Part shown: piece after piece, positions 1 to 12,889 of the stretch
Numbering within the stretch: position 1 is the stretch's first letter
How the letters are laid out: each line of letters begins with the position of its first letter
DNA from: Camelus dromedarius
Lineage: Eukaryota
NCBI RefSeq assembly: GCF_036321535.1
Contig: NC_087436.1
Location: 35,838,001-35,902,000, forward strand
Reading direction: 5' to 3'
DNA length: 64,000 nucleotides
Position numbers and translations under genes: made by a program
The notes under the pieces: generated by a model
What the model was told of the DNA's origin: nothing
What the model saw: the letters and a program-made list of their open reading frames with translations, nothing else
The model's database searches: none

Positions 1-310
1 GTATTCCATAGAAATCCATTCTCTTACTGATGGATATTTAGATTGTTTCCAGTTTCTTACTACTTATAAATAATGGTGCTATGATTTTCTCATTCATTAC
101 CTTATAGAACATAACCTGCCTTGAGACAGACACTTAGGAGAACTGTTGGGATTATCGGGGTCTTCAACATTACTAGATATGCTAGTTGCTTTCCAAAGTG
201 GCTACACCAATTTATGTGCCACCAGCAGAGAGGGAGGCTCCACAGCTCCACATCCTTTGGGATTATAAACTCTGTAAGCAGAGTTTTAACTGCTGGAATC
301 CTCTGTGGCC
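1..310 (-). mobile_element. Old L1 (L1ME-like) fragment
   Basis: gatggatatttagattgtttccag and ttccaaagtggctacaccaattt are antisense L1 3'-region signatures. Confidence 0.65.
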
Positions 311-924
311 AGGGTGAGGATATATTCCTTCAACTAATGCAACTGCTAGTTGCCTAAAGGATATTTCTAACTTGGATTCATGTTTTCATGTTACTTTCTA
401 GGTTTTGAGCTTCCTTGTCAGAATTCGTGTGAATTCAAATCCTGAAGCCATGGTTGGGTAAGCCCAAAGTCAGAATCCTCTTTTTTAATCCAAAGCACAG
501 ACCAAGTCAAGAGAAGCTCCTTGTGGCCTCCCTGGCCTGTGGGAGGATTTCTAGTCTGCCCTCACACTGAATGTGTTGGTTGTTAGAGATCTGAACATTA
601 CATGTGAGGCTCAGTCACAACTTCACGTGTCAGATGGGCTGAAGGGTCCCAGTGGTCATCACCATCTAAACCCCTTCCTGACAGACCGCCCTCCTACCCA
701 GCACCCAGCCCCAGCCTGAGAGCCTCAGTGTTGGTCCCAGCTTACTGTTCTGGTTTTTAGTTTACTGGCAATGGGATTTCTTTAATTTTCCTGTTTAGAC
801 CTTGGGGGATAAGTTTTTCTCTTACTTTCTTGTGCCCCAGCATTTAGAGGGAAGAAGTTATGGTCCTCTAATAACAGGAAAATGGGGAGCAGAAAAGTAA
901 CTTTGAGGTTCTGTTTATTTCAAC

Positions 925-1210
925 ATGGCCTTTGAACACTCGAAATGTGGCTAACATGTCAGATGAACTAAATTTCTAATCCTACTTAATTTTAATTAAA
1001 ATCTAAACTTTGGAGGAAGGGTATACTCTGGTAGAGCACACGCTTAGCATGCATGAGGTCCTGGGTTCAATCCCCAGTGCCTCATTAAACAAACAAACAA
1101 ACAAACAAACAAACCCAATTACCTCCTCCACCAAAAAAACCACACACACACACACACAAAAACACTTAAATAGCTACATGTGACTAGTGTCTATTAGATT
1201 TGACAGCACA
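925..1210. mobile_element. MER3-like hAT-Charlie MITE fragment, split by the SINE
   Basis: gaacactcgaaatgtggcta...aaatagctacatgtgactagtg...gacagcac matches my recall of the MER3 consensus on both sides of the SINE. Confidence 0.7.
1012..1162 (+). mobile_element. tRNA-derived SINE (camelid Vic-1-like) nested in MER3
   Basis: tRNA-like head with B-box (gggttcaatccc), followed by a (CAAA)n and (CA)n tail. Confidence 0.85.
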
Positions 1211-1619
1211 TTTCTAACTAGTAGTAATATTCTTCATCCCTTGGGTGGTTTTATGTACCAATAAACCAACGTAGTCTGGGAAAAAACTCTGACAAAGCTA
1301 CTTCTGATAGTCAAAGGGTGAAACAGTTGAGACATGACTTCAGAGTGTCTGCCACCACAAAACTGTACAGCCCTGTTATTTTGATAATCAGGTATTTCTT
1401 GCCTGACTTGTCTTTCTGGGAATTTTCAAAGATCTACAGTGACTGGGTTTAAGTGCACGTTCTTTCCATCGCCAGCTCCTGAACTGGAAGTCAAGCAATA
1501 AATTTCCAACAGCTTTCTCAAGAATACTTATGAAGTATTAAAATGTCTATAACTCTCAAAGATAAATAATTAGGAGCATATTCAGAATGCAACATAAGAC
1601 AATATGATTAAGCATACAG

Positions 1620-2372
1620 TTTGGGTTATCTTTGAACTGAAAAAGTTTATTGGTAACCTGGAAATGTGTGTAAGTTAAAACATGAATACTTCATATGGTT
1701 TCTTTATAGCATTTTATGAAAAACAAAAACCAAAAAACAACTAAGTCTACTTCTCTAGGCCAGGACTAGGCTTATATCTCCATTTTTTTTTTTTAACTTT
1801 CAAAGGACGTTATAGTATATGAAATAACTCTTAATTCTTCTTTTTAAATTGTCATAAGTACAGGTGAAGAAGTCTAAAGCAAAAATGTAAGTCTGAATTA
1901 TAATGAGAACTAATATGTATTTGGAAACAAGGTCACATAAGCCCGGTTTATGTGCATGTAGCCATTATTTGTAAATATTTTTCACTGTGCTTTCATCTAC
2001 GTGCATTTTCTATGTTCTTGTATAAAACTGATGCCCACAGACTTGGTATCTGGAAATGCACTGAATCAGATTCTGGAGTAAGGAAAGCATTTCATGGGAT
2101 GAATGAGCCAGTCAAAAATGAAAAAGCTACAAGTTTGCTTTTTAAAACTCAGCACACATTTCCAGATAAACTGATTTAAACTCTCTCCAGAGATTTTCGT
2201 GGATATTTTCATTGTATCCATATGATTTAAAATGTCTGTAAGAACTGAAGCCCCTCAATATAGTCAACACATTTGAAACATTTTGCTTATTAAGGGCTTT
2301 TGTGACACTCTTTAAAAAAGAAACAAATTTTCTCTAGAAAGTATTTTTAGCATAATGAATATGCATATTTTC
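1620..2372 (-). other. AFG2A: Proximal 3' UTR of AFG2A (may extend further in longer isoforms)
   Basis: AT-rich, apparently repeat-free sequence between the stop codon and the first AATAAA I found on the minus strand. Confidence 0.65.
1646..1651 (-). terminator. Candidate polyadenylation signal AATAAA
   Basis: tttatt on + at 1646-1651, about 720 nt after the stop. U/GU-rich sequence (tattgtcttatgttg) lies downstream on the minus strand. Confidence 0.6.
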
Positions 2373-2549
2373 TCAGAGTGTATGTAGCCCACTCTTTTCT
2401 TGATAATCTTCATAGAAATGTCTCAATGATTCAGGAAGTCTGGGTGTCACAGTGCTCAAGGCTTGAGTGAAATGTCGTTTCATAATGCAGTTGGCTTGAA
2501 TGTCTTCTTCCAGAGCCTGAAGGGCTGCCTCTTTACACACGGCTATAAT
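2373..2549 (-). CDS. AFG2A: Terminal coding exon of AFG2A/SPATA5 (C-terminal end of D2 AAA+ domain), 58 aa plus stop
   Basis: Translates to [58 protein letters not shown], recognisable as the SPATA5 C-terminus. Preceded on the minus strand by a pyrimidine tract and tttcag acceptor (AG at 2551-2550), phase 0. TGA at 2375-2373. Confidence 0.96.
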   Translation of the reverse strand: MIAVCKEAALQALEEDIQANCIMKRHFTQALSTVTPRLPESLRHFYEDYQEKSGLHTL

Positions 2550-5500
2550 CTGAAACAACACAAACAAATAAAAGCAAAAACGAAAGAAGAAACAACAAAA
2601 AAGGAGAGAGAAAATATTCCAAACTGTTTTTTAGAAATGTTAACACTTCATATATTCATCCGTGGTAACTTTGATGACAATAAGCACATTCCTAAAATTT
2701 ATCTTCAGGAGTTATTCTCTTAAGTTTTGAAAAGAATAAAAAGTAATCACCTTCATTTTACAACAACGTATTAAGTACGCGGATCCAGGAACGGCAGAAA
2801 GATACGTAAGTGATGGCGTTTGCTCTTCAGGCGCCTACGACTATGATGGTGGAGCGGACGTGCAGGCACAGACCTCGAACACAGACACAGGACGACAAAG
2901 GATGAGTGTGCACGTTGAGGGGGGAGGAGACTGCTAGAGAGTGAGGTCCTGCACATCGGCACACCTTGTCACAGCATAGAATTTCCACATTCCTTTCAAC
3001 CTTTGATGTATTACCAACATGTAAAAGCGTTTCTTTATGTGCAGCTCCTTAATGAGTTCTTAAATCTTGGGAATATCAGATAGAGTTGTCTCCGTTTACT
3101 TTGGAGAGCTGCATTAGAACAGAGAAGTGAATTCTGTTTACTCAGCGAGGAAAGCTGGGAGAACTGAAAAGAATCTGGGGAGGGGGAGTGGATGCAGAGG
3201 GAGGGAGGAGAGAGTGGGCGGTAGGCAAACGGAAGGGAGGAAGGTTCAAGTCTTGAATCCTGAAATGTGTTTTAAGCTCTCTGGACTTCAGACAGCGGAA
3301 GCGGGCTGATGCCAGTGTCATTCTAAAGACACATTACTGTGCTGAAAAGAGCTTGTGGGATGAAAAGAGATATTGTGATTTTCAGGGCAACAGGGAAAAC
3401 AGTGATTGATATTGACTGCACCCTTATATCGGTAAATGAAAGGGCCAGCTGAAACACATTTGTCCAGCCATTCAGCATATTTTCTCTGTTTGTTCACTTA
3501 CTGAAAAGAGTTCCTCTGCTTATGCTGGGCTAATGGCTGCCAAAGCAGTTTAGTAGCTTTTTAGGGGATTTAGCAGCATGTTTAGGAAGCTTTCAAAAAA
3601 ACGTGCATAGATTTAGATGGCTTTGTCAAATTACGACAATGTAACTGTTAGTTCTGGGCTTCATTAATGGGTGCTGAAGTCGACTATAGTGGTTATGCAT
3701 ATTAATGCTTTCTCCAAAAGAATGGCTACCAACTTGTGGAAGGCAAAAACAAAACTTTTAGGGATTAGTGAAACGACTTCATCACATATTCTGGTGCAAA
3801 AAGAGTTATTTTGAAAATAAGATGTGATAATTAATAAGCACAATAAAAGCACATGAAATGCCCAGCACAGTAAACTGGCTATCCCACGGTTCCACTGTGT
3901 GTGCCAAAGAGACCTTGGGGACCTCCATACGGAGGTGAAGGGACCAGGTAGGGAGAGCTCAGCCCCCTCCATCTGAGAGCACTTCTTTCATCTGTGCAAG
4001 ATTTTGAAGCAATGGTTGCAAGGCTGAAAAGGCGGAGGAGGAATCACTGGAAGAGGCAGAGAGGACTGAATTTCCTGCATAGTGCAGGGAATGTTTCCGT
4101 TGTGTGGCTCCCTCCTCAGGCGAAGTGGAGTAGGGCCGGTGCCATGTCTGGCACACTTCATAACTGAGGCTCACCTCAGAGAGCACTGGACCCAGCATAT
4201 AATAGCCACACGCATTTACTCAGTACCTACCACGTGTACCAGACAATTACCAGTGACTTTACTAGTTAGTTGCCATGTGGCTTGTGCCCCCCAGGTTGTA
4301 TACAACACAGTGATCCCAGACTAGGGTATGTGTAACGTCTGACGGTGAATGGAGGTGATGGTGGGCGGTGGGGTTGGGAGGATGGGTTGAGAAAGAGGAG
4401 GTGCAAGGCCGCCGGGAACCTCTCAAAAATCCTGGAATTTGGTTCATGTGGTCAGATGGTAGGTGGCTAATACTGCTGGCACATCTGAGACAGTGAACCA
4501 ACAGTCTAGTAGGCTTCTCTCCACACACAGTAATCAAGTTGGGAGAAGACAACATGATTATACTCCTCTAACTACTGAACTCAGGTAGCCTAAGATGACA
4601 GGCAGGGGAATGTAGGTAGTGGGAAGTGAGGTCACTTGGGGCCTCGAAGGCTGTCCTTGGGGTCAACTCCCCTGAGCAGTTCTTCTTTGTACATCAACTT
4701 TCCTTCCTTCATATCTGCATCTATAGATTTTTCTCTAAGCTATAAGCTGCTTTTCGCCCTTACGTGGTAGCTTCCACGGCAGTGACAGAGGGGGTACTGG
4801 TGGTGGTCAGAGCAGTAACTGCCATTTGAAAGCTGAATATTTTGGGGTCTCCGGTCTATGTTAACATTTCAGGGTAATTTGCCTACTATATTTAGTACTG
4901 GCTTGACTTTGAATTAACAATTCCTACAGACCTATGAGATACAGAAAACTTGGACAGACTTTCGACTAAAGCACTAAGAAATGTTTGGATTAAACAGATG
5001 ACCTCTAGAACCCCTGGGAGACAATGACAAGAGAGACAGAGCAGCTGAACACTGGTCCTAAAGCACCGCGTATGAAGGTGTCTTCTGCTGTGTGGAGGGA
5101 ACACAGCTGTTCACAATTCTAGGTGGCTGAGGGCTGCCTGAATTCAACACTGGCTTCAATAAACCTTATCCTGGTTCTTTTTATTTACAAGGGATGCCTT
5201 GAAGAACCAGTCAATTAGGCAATCTTTTCTGCCACTTTTCCTATTATATTTGCTTAGCAATACACAACCAGTAACTAAGAAGAAATAGAACACTCCTCAT
5301 AATTAACCAGTCACTCTTTCAGCAGTCAACGTCCACCGAGTAGCTACTCTGTGCAACAACCAGGCGAAGCCAGGTGGAGAATCCAGAGATGTCCAAGACG
5401 TGGCATTTAGAGGTACTGTTAACAAGGCTCAGGAAAGTACTCTGGTATGAAAAGAAGGAAGAAATGACTGGGTCATAGGCTGGAGTGGGAAGAAGAGAAT

Positions 5501-8500
5501 TTAGATATGGATTTAGGAAAGGCATTCTGAGCAGAAGAGATAAAGTGAGCACGGTGGGGAGAAAGAGACCGGGAATTATACTGATACAGCTTCAGTATCC
5601 AAAATAGAGGGGGAAAAAGTAATTCTATCATCCAAATGTCACTAAAAACAACAATGATGGTTTTCAGAAGTCACGTGGTCCACCGTGACAGTGAAGGCCA
5701 GTCAATGACAGTCATCTCTAGAGCTCTAAACCCAATTCACAAGCAGCTGATGCACTAGCAGCTGACAGAGCAATAACTCCTGAAAGTTCCTTTGTTTTTA
5801 TTTTTCCCTCCCGAAATGGCTTCTTAGTAGAAATTCCAAAAGGAAAAGCATTAATCAGATTATTTGCTCTACTTTCCCAACCCAGTAAAAAGGTAGGCCT
5901 GAACATGCAAGTATTCTTAGGAGGCTGGTTTCTATCTGCTCTGGGGTCACGTGCTTTGGTATGAGTTCTGAGATGCCACGCTTCCCAAGAAAAGTGCAGC
6001 TTTCCTGCTTGCTTTCAAGGCCTAGGTCAGCCTATCCCTTGAAATATTAGTGTCTTCTCAGAGGAAGAAATATTTCATGATCAAATACGTTTTAGGTAAC
6101 AGTGTATATACTGTGTTTCCCACACTGCACTACAGAATGGTAAGGATTTTTGTAAAGTCTAGCAATGATGATCTGCTCAACTTTCTTTAACTTGTTGTTC
6201 CCCACAGAACTCTCCCCCCTGTCCTGTTTTGGACAGGACACCTGTAAGTGGCTATCTTTAGGGTTACTGCTGATCTTCAGCATGTACTTGGGGAGTGCTG
6301 GCCAGTATCAAACAGCTCGATCTAGGCACAATATGGCTCTTGCCTACGTCACATCCTTTTAGAAGGAAAAGGGAAAGAGCTGAGCGAGAGAGACTGGAGG
6401 AGGACCTGTTTGTTTACAGGTCAAAAGGCAGCAGCCACCGCACACACTTGTGTTTTGGAGACGTACAGTCAATGCATATTTGTTGAACAGAACTGAACAG
6501 TTCCTTAACTAAAAACAAGTTTTCAAAAAGTGCATTGTTATATTTATCTTTCTGATATTGGCCAATATTCTGTAATATTTTAACTTCTATTTCATATGAC
6601 CTAGATCTTGTCAGTTATATTTAAGTCTTTGGAATGAAGTTTTTGGAATGATAAATTCAATAAGAAAAATTACTTAACACTGTGATATATGTTCATCTTA
6701 AACAATGTTTTGGTCTGGGGCACTACTTTGGATCTAGTTTTTTCCTTAGAAGTAATATAAATTAGACATTCTAACAAGAATACAAGCATGCCTGTGTTAT
6801 ACTAAGGGATGCTTCCCTAGGTATCACAATTCGTTACACAGGGACAGGAAATTTTTTGCTGTGTTGTCATGGGGAAAAACCTGCACTTTAATTGAGAAAG
6901 ATTCCTGAAAATTTACCAATGCAGTGATACACATTGGTTTGGAGAACTGAAATGAAAGCTTTGTTTAAAAAAAAAAATTTGTGCAAATGGTGATCTATTG
7001 TCTTGCCTGATGAAAGTAATCTAGAATCAATTAATTACTGACGGATTTTCTTTTCTGTATTACGCTTGGAAAGGTGAGGTCTTTTTAGATAAATCTGCCA
7101 ATATACCTCTATATTTGGGAATGAATACTACAGAAACTGAGAAGAAAAGCCCTCAGTTTAAAGTAGGACCTTTCTCATTACTCTCTCCAAAGTTTGTAAG
7201 AAACATGAACAAGTATATGTATATGTGTACATATCTGTACAGTGTATACAGGGACCACACAGCTCATCATTCTGCTGGCATCACATTCAAAATCACAGAG
7301 TTTGGGACTGTTTCAATGATGCGGGAACCCAGCTGAATTTTTCCCATGAGGCCACAGAAGAACCTCACTGAGAAGGAGTGTAGATGAACATACAAATTTG
7401 AGTTAGACTGTCTGGAATGTTCAAGTAACTCGTTTAGAAACAAAACTCTTGGCACTTGAGCACCTTAACATCTTTGGCAAAAAGGATTTTGGAAGCTCTC
7501 CCCTAATCCCTTCACCATCTTGTCCTCTTCCCCTGTAGGGCTGCACACTAGATCATTTAAGTGAATTATTAGCCAACTACCAGTCAGATTGCTTTTGCCA
7601 GTAGGCTGTAAGAGTAAAAATGTTTTGGCTGGCTCTGTAAAGCTGAGTGTGTGTTCTGTGTTCTTTTTCAGTTTTGACTAAAAAACTGATATCCAAACTT
7701 TAAAAATATGTATGTGCCTTGCTGAAAAGGTGAAAATATTATGTTTGGGGAAACGAGTAAACAAAAGACTAGCAGAGTGGGCCCAAAATCTCACTGTCAG
7801 AGTGACTAAGACACGTGTTGCAGTGGCCGTGACACCCATTTATTTGGTGCCAACATGTCACAAATTCTCCTTCCATTCATTCAGCAGAATAAAAGATCAC
7901 TAAGATATCTGAAAAATAACAGAAAATAAGCAGGAAACCTATATGAAAGATTTAGGCATATTTAAGATGAGCCCCTAAATGGTAGGAAAGGAAAAGATTT
8001 TTAATGAAAATATTTACAAACCCTCAAAACAAAGTCACTGAAGAAAACTGTTTTCAACTGCAGGAAAAAAGTACCTCAGCAATATTAGTAAAGAGACATT
8101 CAAGTATAAATTTTCATGCTACACTCGCCCTCTGAGAAAGCAGCGCCTTTAGAACAACGCAGCAATCGCTGGATTACGTGAGACAAGTCCCCTTGTGGGG
8201 TGTGGGGAAGCAACTTCCCAGGATGAGAAGGCTCTTGACCATTGAACCTTGGGAAATCTAATTACCTCACTTTTAAATGGAAAAGGGCAAAAGAGGCAAT
8301 TGTGCAGAATTCTGAATGCCATGGAGAATAAGAACAATGTCTTACTTCACTGTGGAAGAAAAAAATGAAACCTCTTACACAGAGCCTACGGTTCTCTCCC
8401 CCAGCCCACGAGACAAGAAGAGTTTAAACAGGTGGCTGAGCTTAGTAAGAAACAGCCGCACTGCGAAAATTAAAACCAACATGCTTTCTAAACAATCAGT

Positions 8501-11500
8501 AGTAATTTTTAAAAATGACGTGATAAAGAATGATAGTGAAGGCAAAGACTGTTTACCAAAAACTGGTCAACTCGAAGGAAAAGATGAAAATGTTGGGCAC
8601 TATTGTGGGTATTCAGCCCTCCTGTGTGATAACCCTTCCCTTGTTCTTTTCAGTTTCACAGCCACACTACCTTCTTCGCTGGTGCACTGAGAGGTGAGGA
8701 ACCCAACAGCAACTTTAAGCACAGTTATTTCTATTTCCTGATAAGGCCTGGGGAATATCTGCACTTCTCTTCTATTGACTGTAAACAGATGCCAGTAATG
8801 ACAACAGGAAAGCATGGACGGCCAGGGATGCTGCTGCAAGTAGGCCGGTGGAGAAGCGAAGCTAACAGCTGCTTGTTTCCAACAGGGATGCTCAAGTTCG
8901 AATGTAACCTCCACCACTAAGTTCCTCACTTCTTCTCCGAGATTATCAGTATCCTCCAAGAAAGGTGGAAGGGTAACAAAGTTCTGAAGGTGGCTTAAAC
9001 AGCCAAGTTCTGCCTGGTTCCCATCACCCCACCCTGCAGGCACAGGGTGCACTCAGATCTGTGCAGAAAAAGAAGTCAGCGACTTTGAATGTGCCAGAAG
9101 AGGAGGCTCATTTATAGGGTGACCCTAGATGATGAGAAAGGTGGCTCTGGATAGCTGAATTCATTTATCTAGGGTAATCAGCACGTGGCAGGGCTGCTTT
9201 TTAAAAAGTTCATAGGGAAACTGCAGCCGCATCCTAGGAACTGTAACTTCTGGGGACAAGGATATGGCCACGCAGCAGTTTCTTGCATGAGTACGTGAAC
9301 CGCACAGACTAAGAGGGCCACGTGGGAGATGGAGCTGGGGAAGAGAGCGCCCCCCAGCCCTTTCTTGGGCAACTGCACACTGAATCCGTCAGAGGCAGGG
9401 CTGCTCTCCCCCGACCCTGGGGCCACAGCTCGGGGCTGCTCCTGCTGTTTGGCACTAAGAAAGCTTGCCTTCCAGTGAGGCCTAAACGTGCTTTTCAGCT
9501 TCTTTGTATTTCAAGTGTATTAAATAGCTTTAAAGAATCTACCCAAAGAAATGGGCTGCCGTGCTTTAAAAAGTCTTAGGTATTTTCAAGAAAGTGGTTT
9601 TGTTAAAAGCATCTTCTGTCTGGAACACCTGTGACCTGTTGAGCTTAATTGGGCTGCAGCTGGCGCTGATTGTGCGGCGGGGGGACATTGTGTGCGCTCC
9701 GCTCACCCGCCCCCTCGCTTTTCTTTTCACTTTTGAAGCCCCGCGACCTCCTTCCCCTGAGTGTCTGAGGGATTAGGAACCCAGTAGAGCGGTGTCCTGC
9801 TGTTTGCGAATAGCCGGCACTGGAGGTGCTGCAGGGAGGAGGCTACCTGGGAGATTATGTGCGCATGTGGACGCGGAGGACTCATTCTCCGCAGCCCCAT
9901 TGAGCCCCGCTGGAAGGTGGCTGAATGGTCGGGCCTGAAAGATGGGACTGAAGGGAGCGCAGCAGGCTCCTGGCCACGGAGCAGCAGATGGAGTCGGACT
10001 GTCACAGGCACAAACGGCCAGGGCTGCCCCAAACTGCCAAGAACCAGGATCAGAGCATAAAACAGCGCCGGGGAGGGGAATTTGAGGGAAGCAAGCAGCA
10101 CATACTTAAAGTCCTTTAAATGCCACCTCACCGACAAACTTTCACTTGGGGAAGCCAGAAGTGAGATTTTTGGAGGGAAAACTGCAGATTTAAGGAATTA
10201 CCTAACTACTGCCCTTGGATTATCTGCAAAATAAGCTTTATGGTAACATAATCCCAGACGGATTCAGTCTACAGTGCCATACGCAATACTGAGTCAAAAG
10301 AAAAGAATTTCTAAGCCTAATGACGTTCAAAGCCTAATGACACTGAAGAATCCTCTTGGCTGCTTAATTTTGGGGATTTAAAGTTATTTTGAAGCCTCTA
10401 AAATAGACAGCTGAAGCATATGCACAACCTTTCATAATTACTTGCATGGAGAAACCCAAAATTGTTTTTTAAAAATTGGCAAATGAACTGGTCATTCCCC
10501 AGAGGGAAAGATTTGGGGTTTTTATTCTTGTTTCTACAACCATCCGCAGCTGTGGGAATTTTAAATGTTTCTAACATGAACTGAGTCATAACAAGATAAA
10601 AAGGAGTACTTTCAGGTTTGAAAAGAACACATCAACTGGTACAGGAATGGAGAGAACAAGAACCACGTGGCAGAAGGGAGAAGGGTGAGAAGGCACACAG
10701 ATGTTGGGAGCCCCCTATTCAATGATTCATTCAAGAAATCTTATTGACCACCTACAAGGTACCAGGCCCTGGGGGACAGAGCAGTGAGCAAAAACAAAGC
10801 CTCGCTCTCCTGGAACAAGATGTGCGAAGTATTGGCTAATTCTTACTTACTTTTCAAGGTTCACAGTGAATGCTTCCGCTGGGAGAGACTCCCAGCGGCA
10901 ACCTCACCACCGTCCCAGGCCTGACTGCTCTAGGATCACCTGTTTCATGATCTGGTAGCAGCTTGTACTACTAGTCCGTCATATCACAGTTGTTGGGATA
11001 TAGAGTTATTAGTAGTAAATGTCTATCTCCTTCACTAGGTTAGAAGTTCCATGAAGGCTCTCCAGCCTGGGCCCGGCTCTCTTCCCAAACATACCAAGTT
11101 AGCATGTCCCTTGGCCTTTGGGAGTCTACAAAAAGGTCTACTGCTGAGGTCATCTGGGAAAAGAGATATAAACTACTTTTTACTTTTTTTTTTTTTGGTT
11201 TTGTTTTAAATACACACACACAGACACAAAGCTCCTGCTGTGACAAATGAAGCCAAGAAAACTGTCTACTATGGACTAAAAAAGCATAAATGTTGGAGCA
11301 CAATGGAATATCCTAAATTGAGGTGTGTATTTGTGAGCCCTTGTGGGGCTGATGACCAAGCTATGAGCAGAGAGCTAGCAGAGCCCTGGAAGAGGCACCA
11401 AACTCTGGGAAAAAGCTCCCGGGAGTGGGAGAGCTTGAGACTGGCCCAGGGCGAAGAGGAGAGAGGAGCACAGCAGGGGATGTTCTCAGGAGAGGAGAGC

Positions 11501-11839
11501 CCGTGAAGTCCAGCCAGCTCCGGACTCTCTGTCTGCAGGATTTGAGCCTCCCTGCCCGTGTTATGGGAGCTTGGGAAGCAGTGGCTGGGGGAGGCTATAG
11601 ACAGGGGTGTTAAGCCAGTTTTAACATCCCCTGTGTTTCATCACCTGTCAACTGTCTTCACTGCCAACTCCCACTTTGTGCCCCAGCAACACACACATAA
11701 AAATGCCTCCTTTGAAACTGTAGCTTTGGGGATGCCTGGATCGCCTTCCTTGGATCTTGCCTAGTTTAGGATCCTGGACCTAAGAACTCGCAGAATAATG
11801 GAGTATTTGGGAGTTAGAACCTTTTACACCCTGCTTGTC

Positions 11840-12140
11840 TTTTTTTTTTTTTTTTTTTTGAGATATAACCGACATATATTATACTAGTTTCAGGAATACA
11901 ACGTAATGATTCACTGTATGTATATAATGTGAAATGATTGCCGCAATATAACATCCATCACCACAATCAGTTACAAATTTCTTTTTCTTGTGATGAGAAC
12001 TTTTAAGACCTACTCTAACTTTCAAATGCACAATACAGTGTTATTAACTATAGTCACCAAGGTGTACATTATATCCTCAGGACTTACTTACTTCATAAGT
12101 AGAAGTTTTATCTTTTGACCACCTTCACCCATCTCACCCG
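11840..12140 (-). mobile_element. L1 3' end (L1MA9-like) with T20 tail
   Basis: Poly(T) at 11840-11859 followed by typical antisense L1 3' UTR (ttgtgatgagaacttttaagacctactct...aactatagtcacc). Confidence 0.8.
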
Positions 12141-12739
12141 CCATGTGCCCACAGACTTAACCTATAATGAGCTCCTTTCCCCTTTCCCATTCTCTGAGCA
12201 GCTGCAGGCTGGTCTTGCCTATCGGCAGCCTTGCTTTTCATCCTTAAAGTCATTTTAAAGAGTATTGTGTTAGTGGCTTGACCATACTTAGGCAGCCAAG
12301 GGGCATGTGAAAGTAGGTCCTGGTGAGCAAACACTAAGTGTGCCATTAGCTCATGACAGGGAGTGAGAGGACAACATGATTCTTTACCTTGCACTTATTT
12401 TATACATGTCATTCTCACTGACAGTAATATTATCCTAAAAGAAAGGAGAGCTCTTCTTTCCCAATAGCATATAAATAAATAAAAATGGATGTATATTAGG
12501 TTATATCACCATCAAATAGGATATTCTAAAATACTTTGTATATATTCATATATCTTCCCTACTTCCAACTTTTTTTAAGGTGGTCTGTTTCCTCTGATAA
12601 CACTTATATTGCTTATAAGCCATTTGTTTAGAAGCTCATTTTTTTGTTTTAAACTCAAATAATAATAAAGCAACACTGTCTTATTTGTTACATGAACTGG
12701 ATGATCTTTCAATTAGTACTTTCCATTCTGTGTGTTTAC

Positions 12740-12889
12740 TAAAGATTCTTAACCTAGGGTCTCCAGATAGCTAGATGGCTCTAAGCATACACCAAAACCT
12801 ATGAAAACTTCTACATGAAGAGAGAGGGTTCAAGGCTTTCATCATATTCTAAAAAGGAACCATAACCCTGAAAGGGTTAAGAACTACTG
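12740..12889. mobile_element. hAT-Charlie-type MITE (~150 bp)
   Basis: Imperfect terminal inverted repeats ttcttaacc ... ggttaagaactactg. Confidence 0.55.

Noticed and set aside
2550..2567. MFVLFQ N-terminus of the 64-aa ORF
   Set aside because: This is the intronic pyrimidine tract and acceptor. The real exon starts at 2549.
8316..9052. 124-aa and 150-aa intronic ORFs
   Set aside because: No recognisable family or exon structure, consistent with chance ORFs.
10313..10341. aagcctaatgac repeated twice
   Set aside because: A 12-bp micro-duplication too short to interpret.
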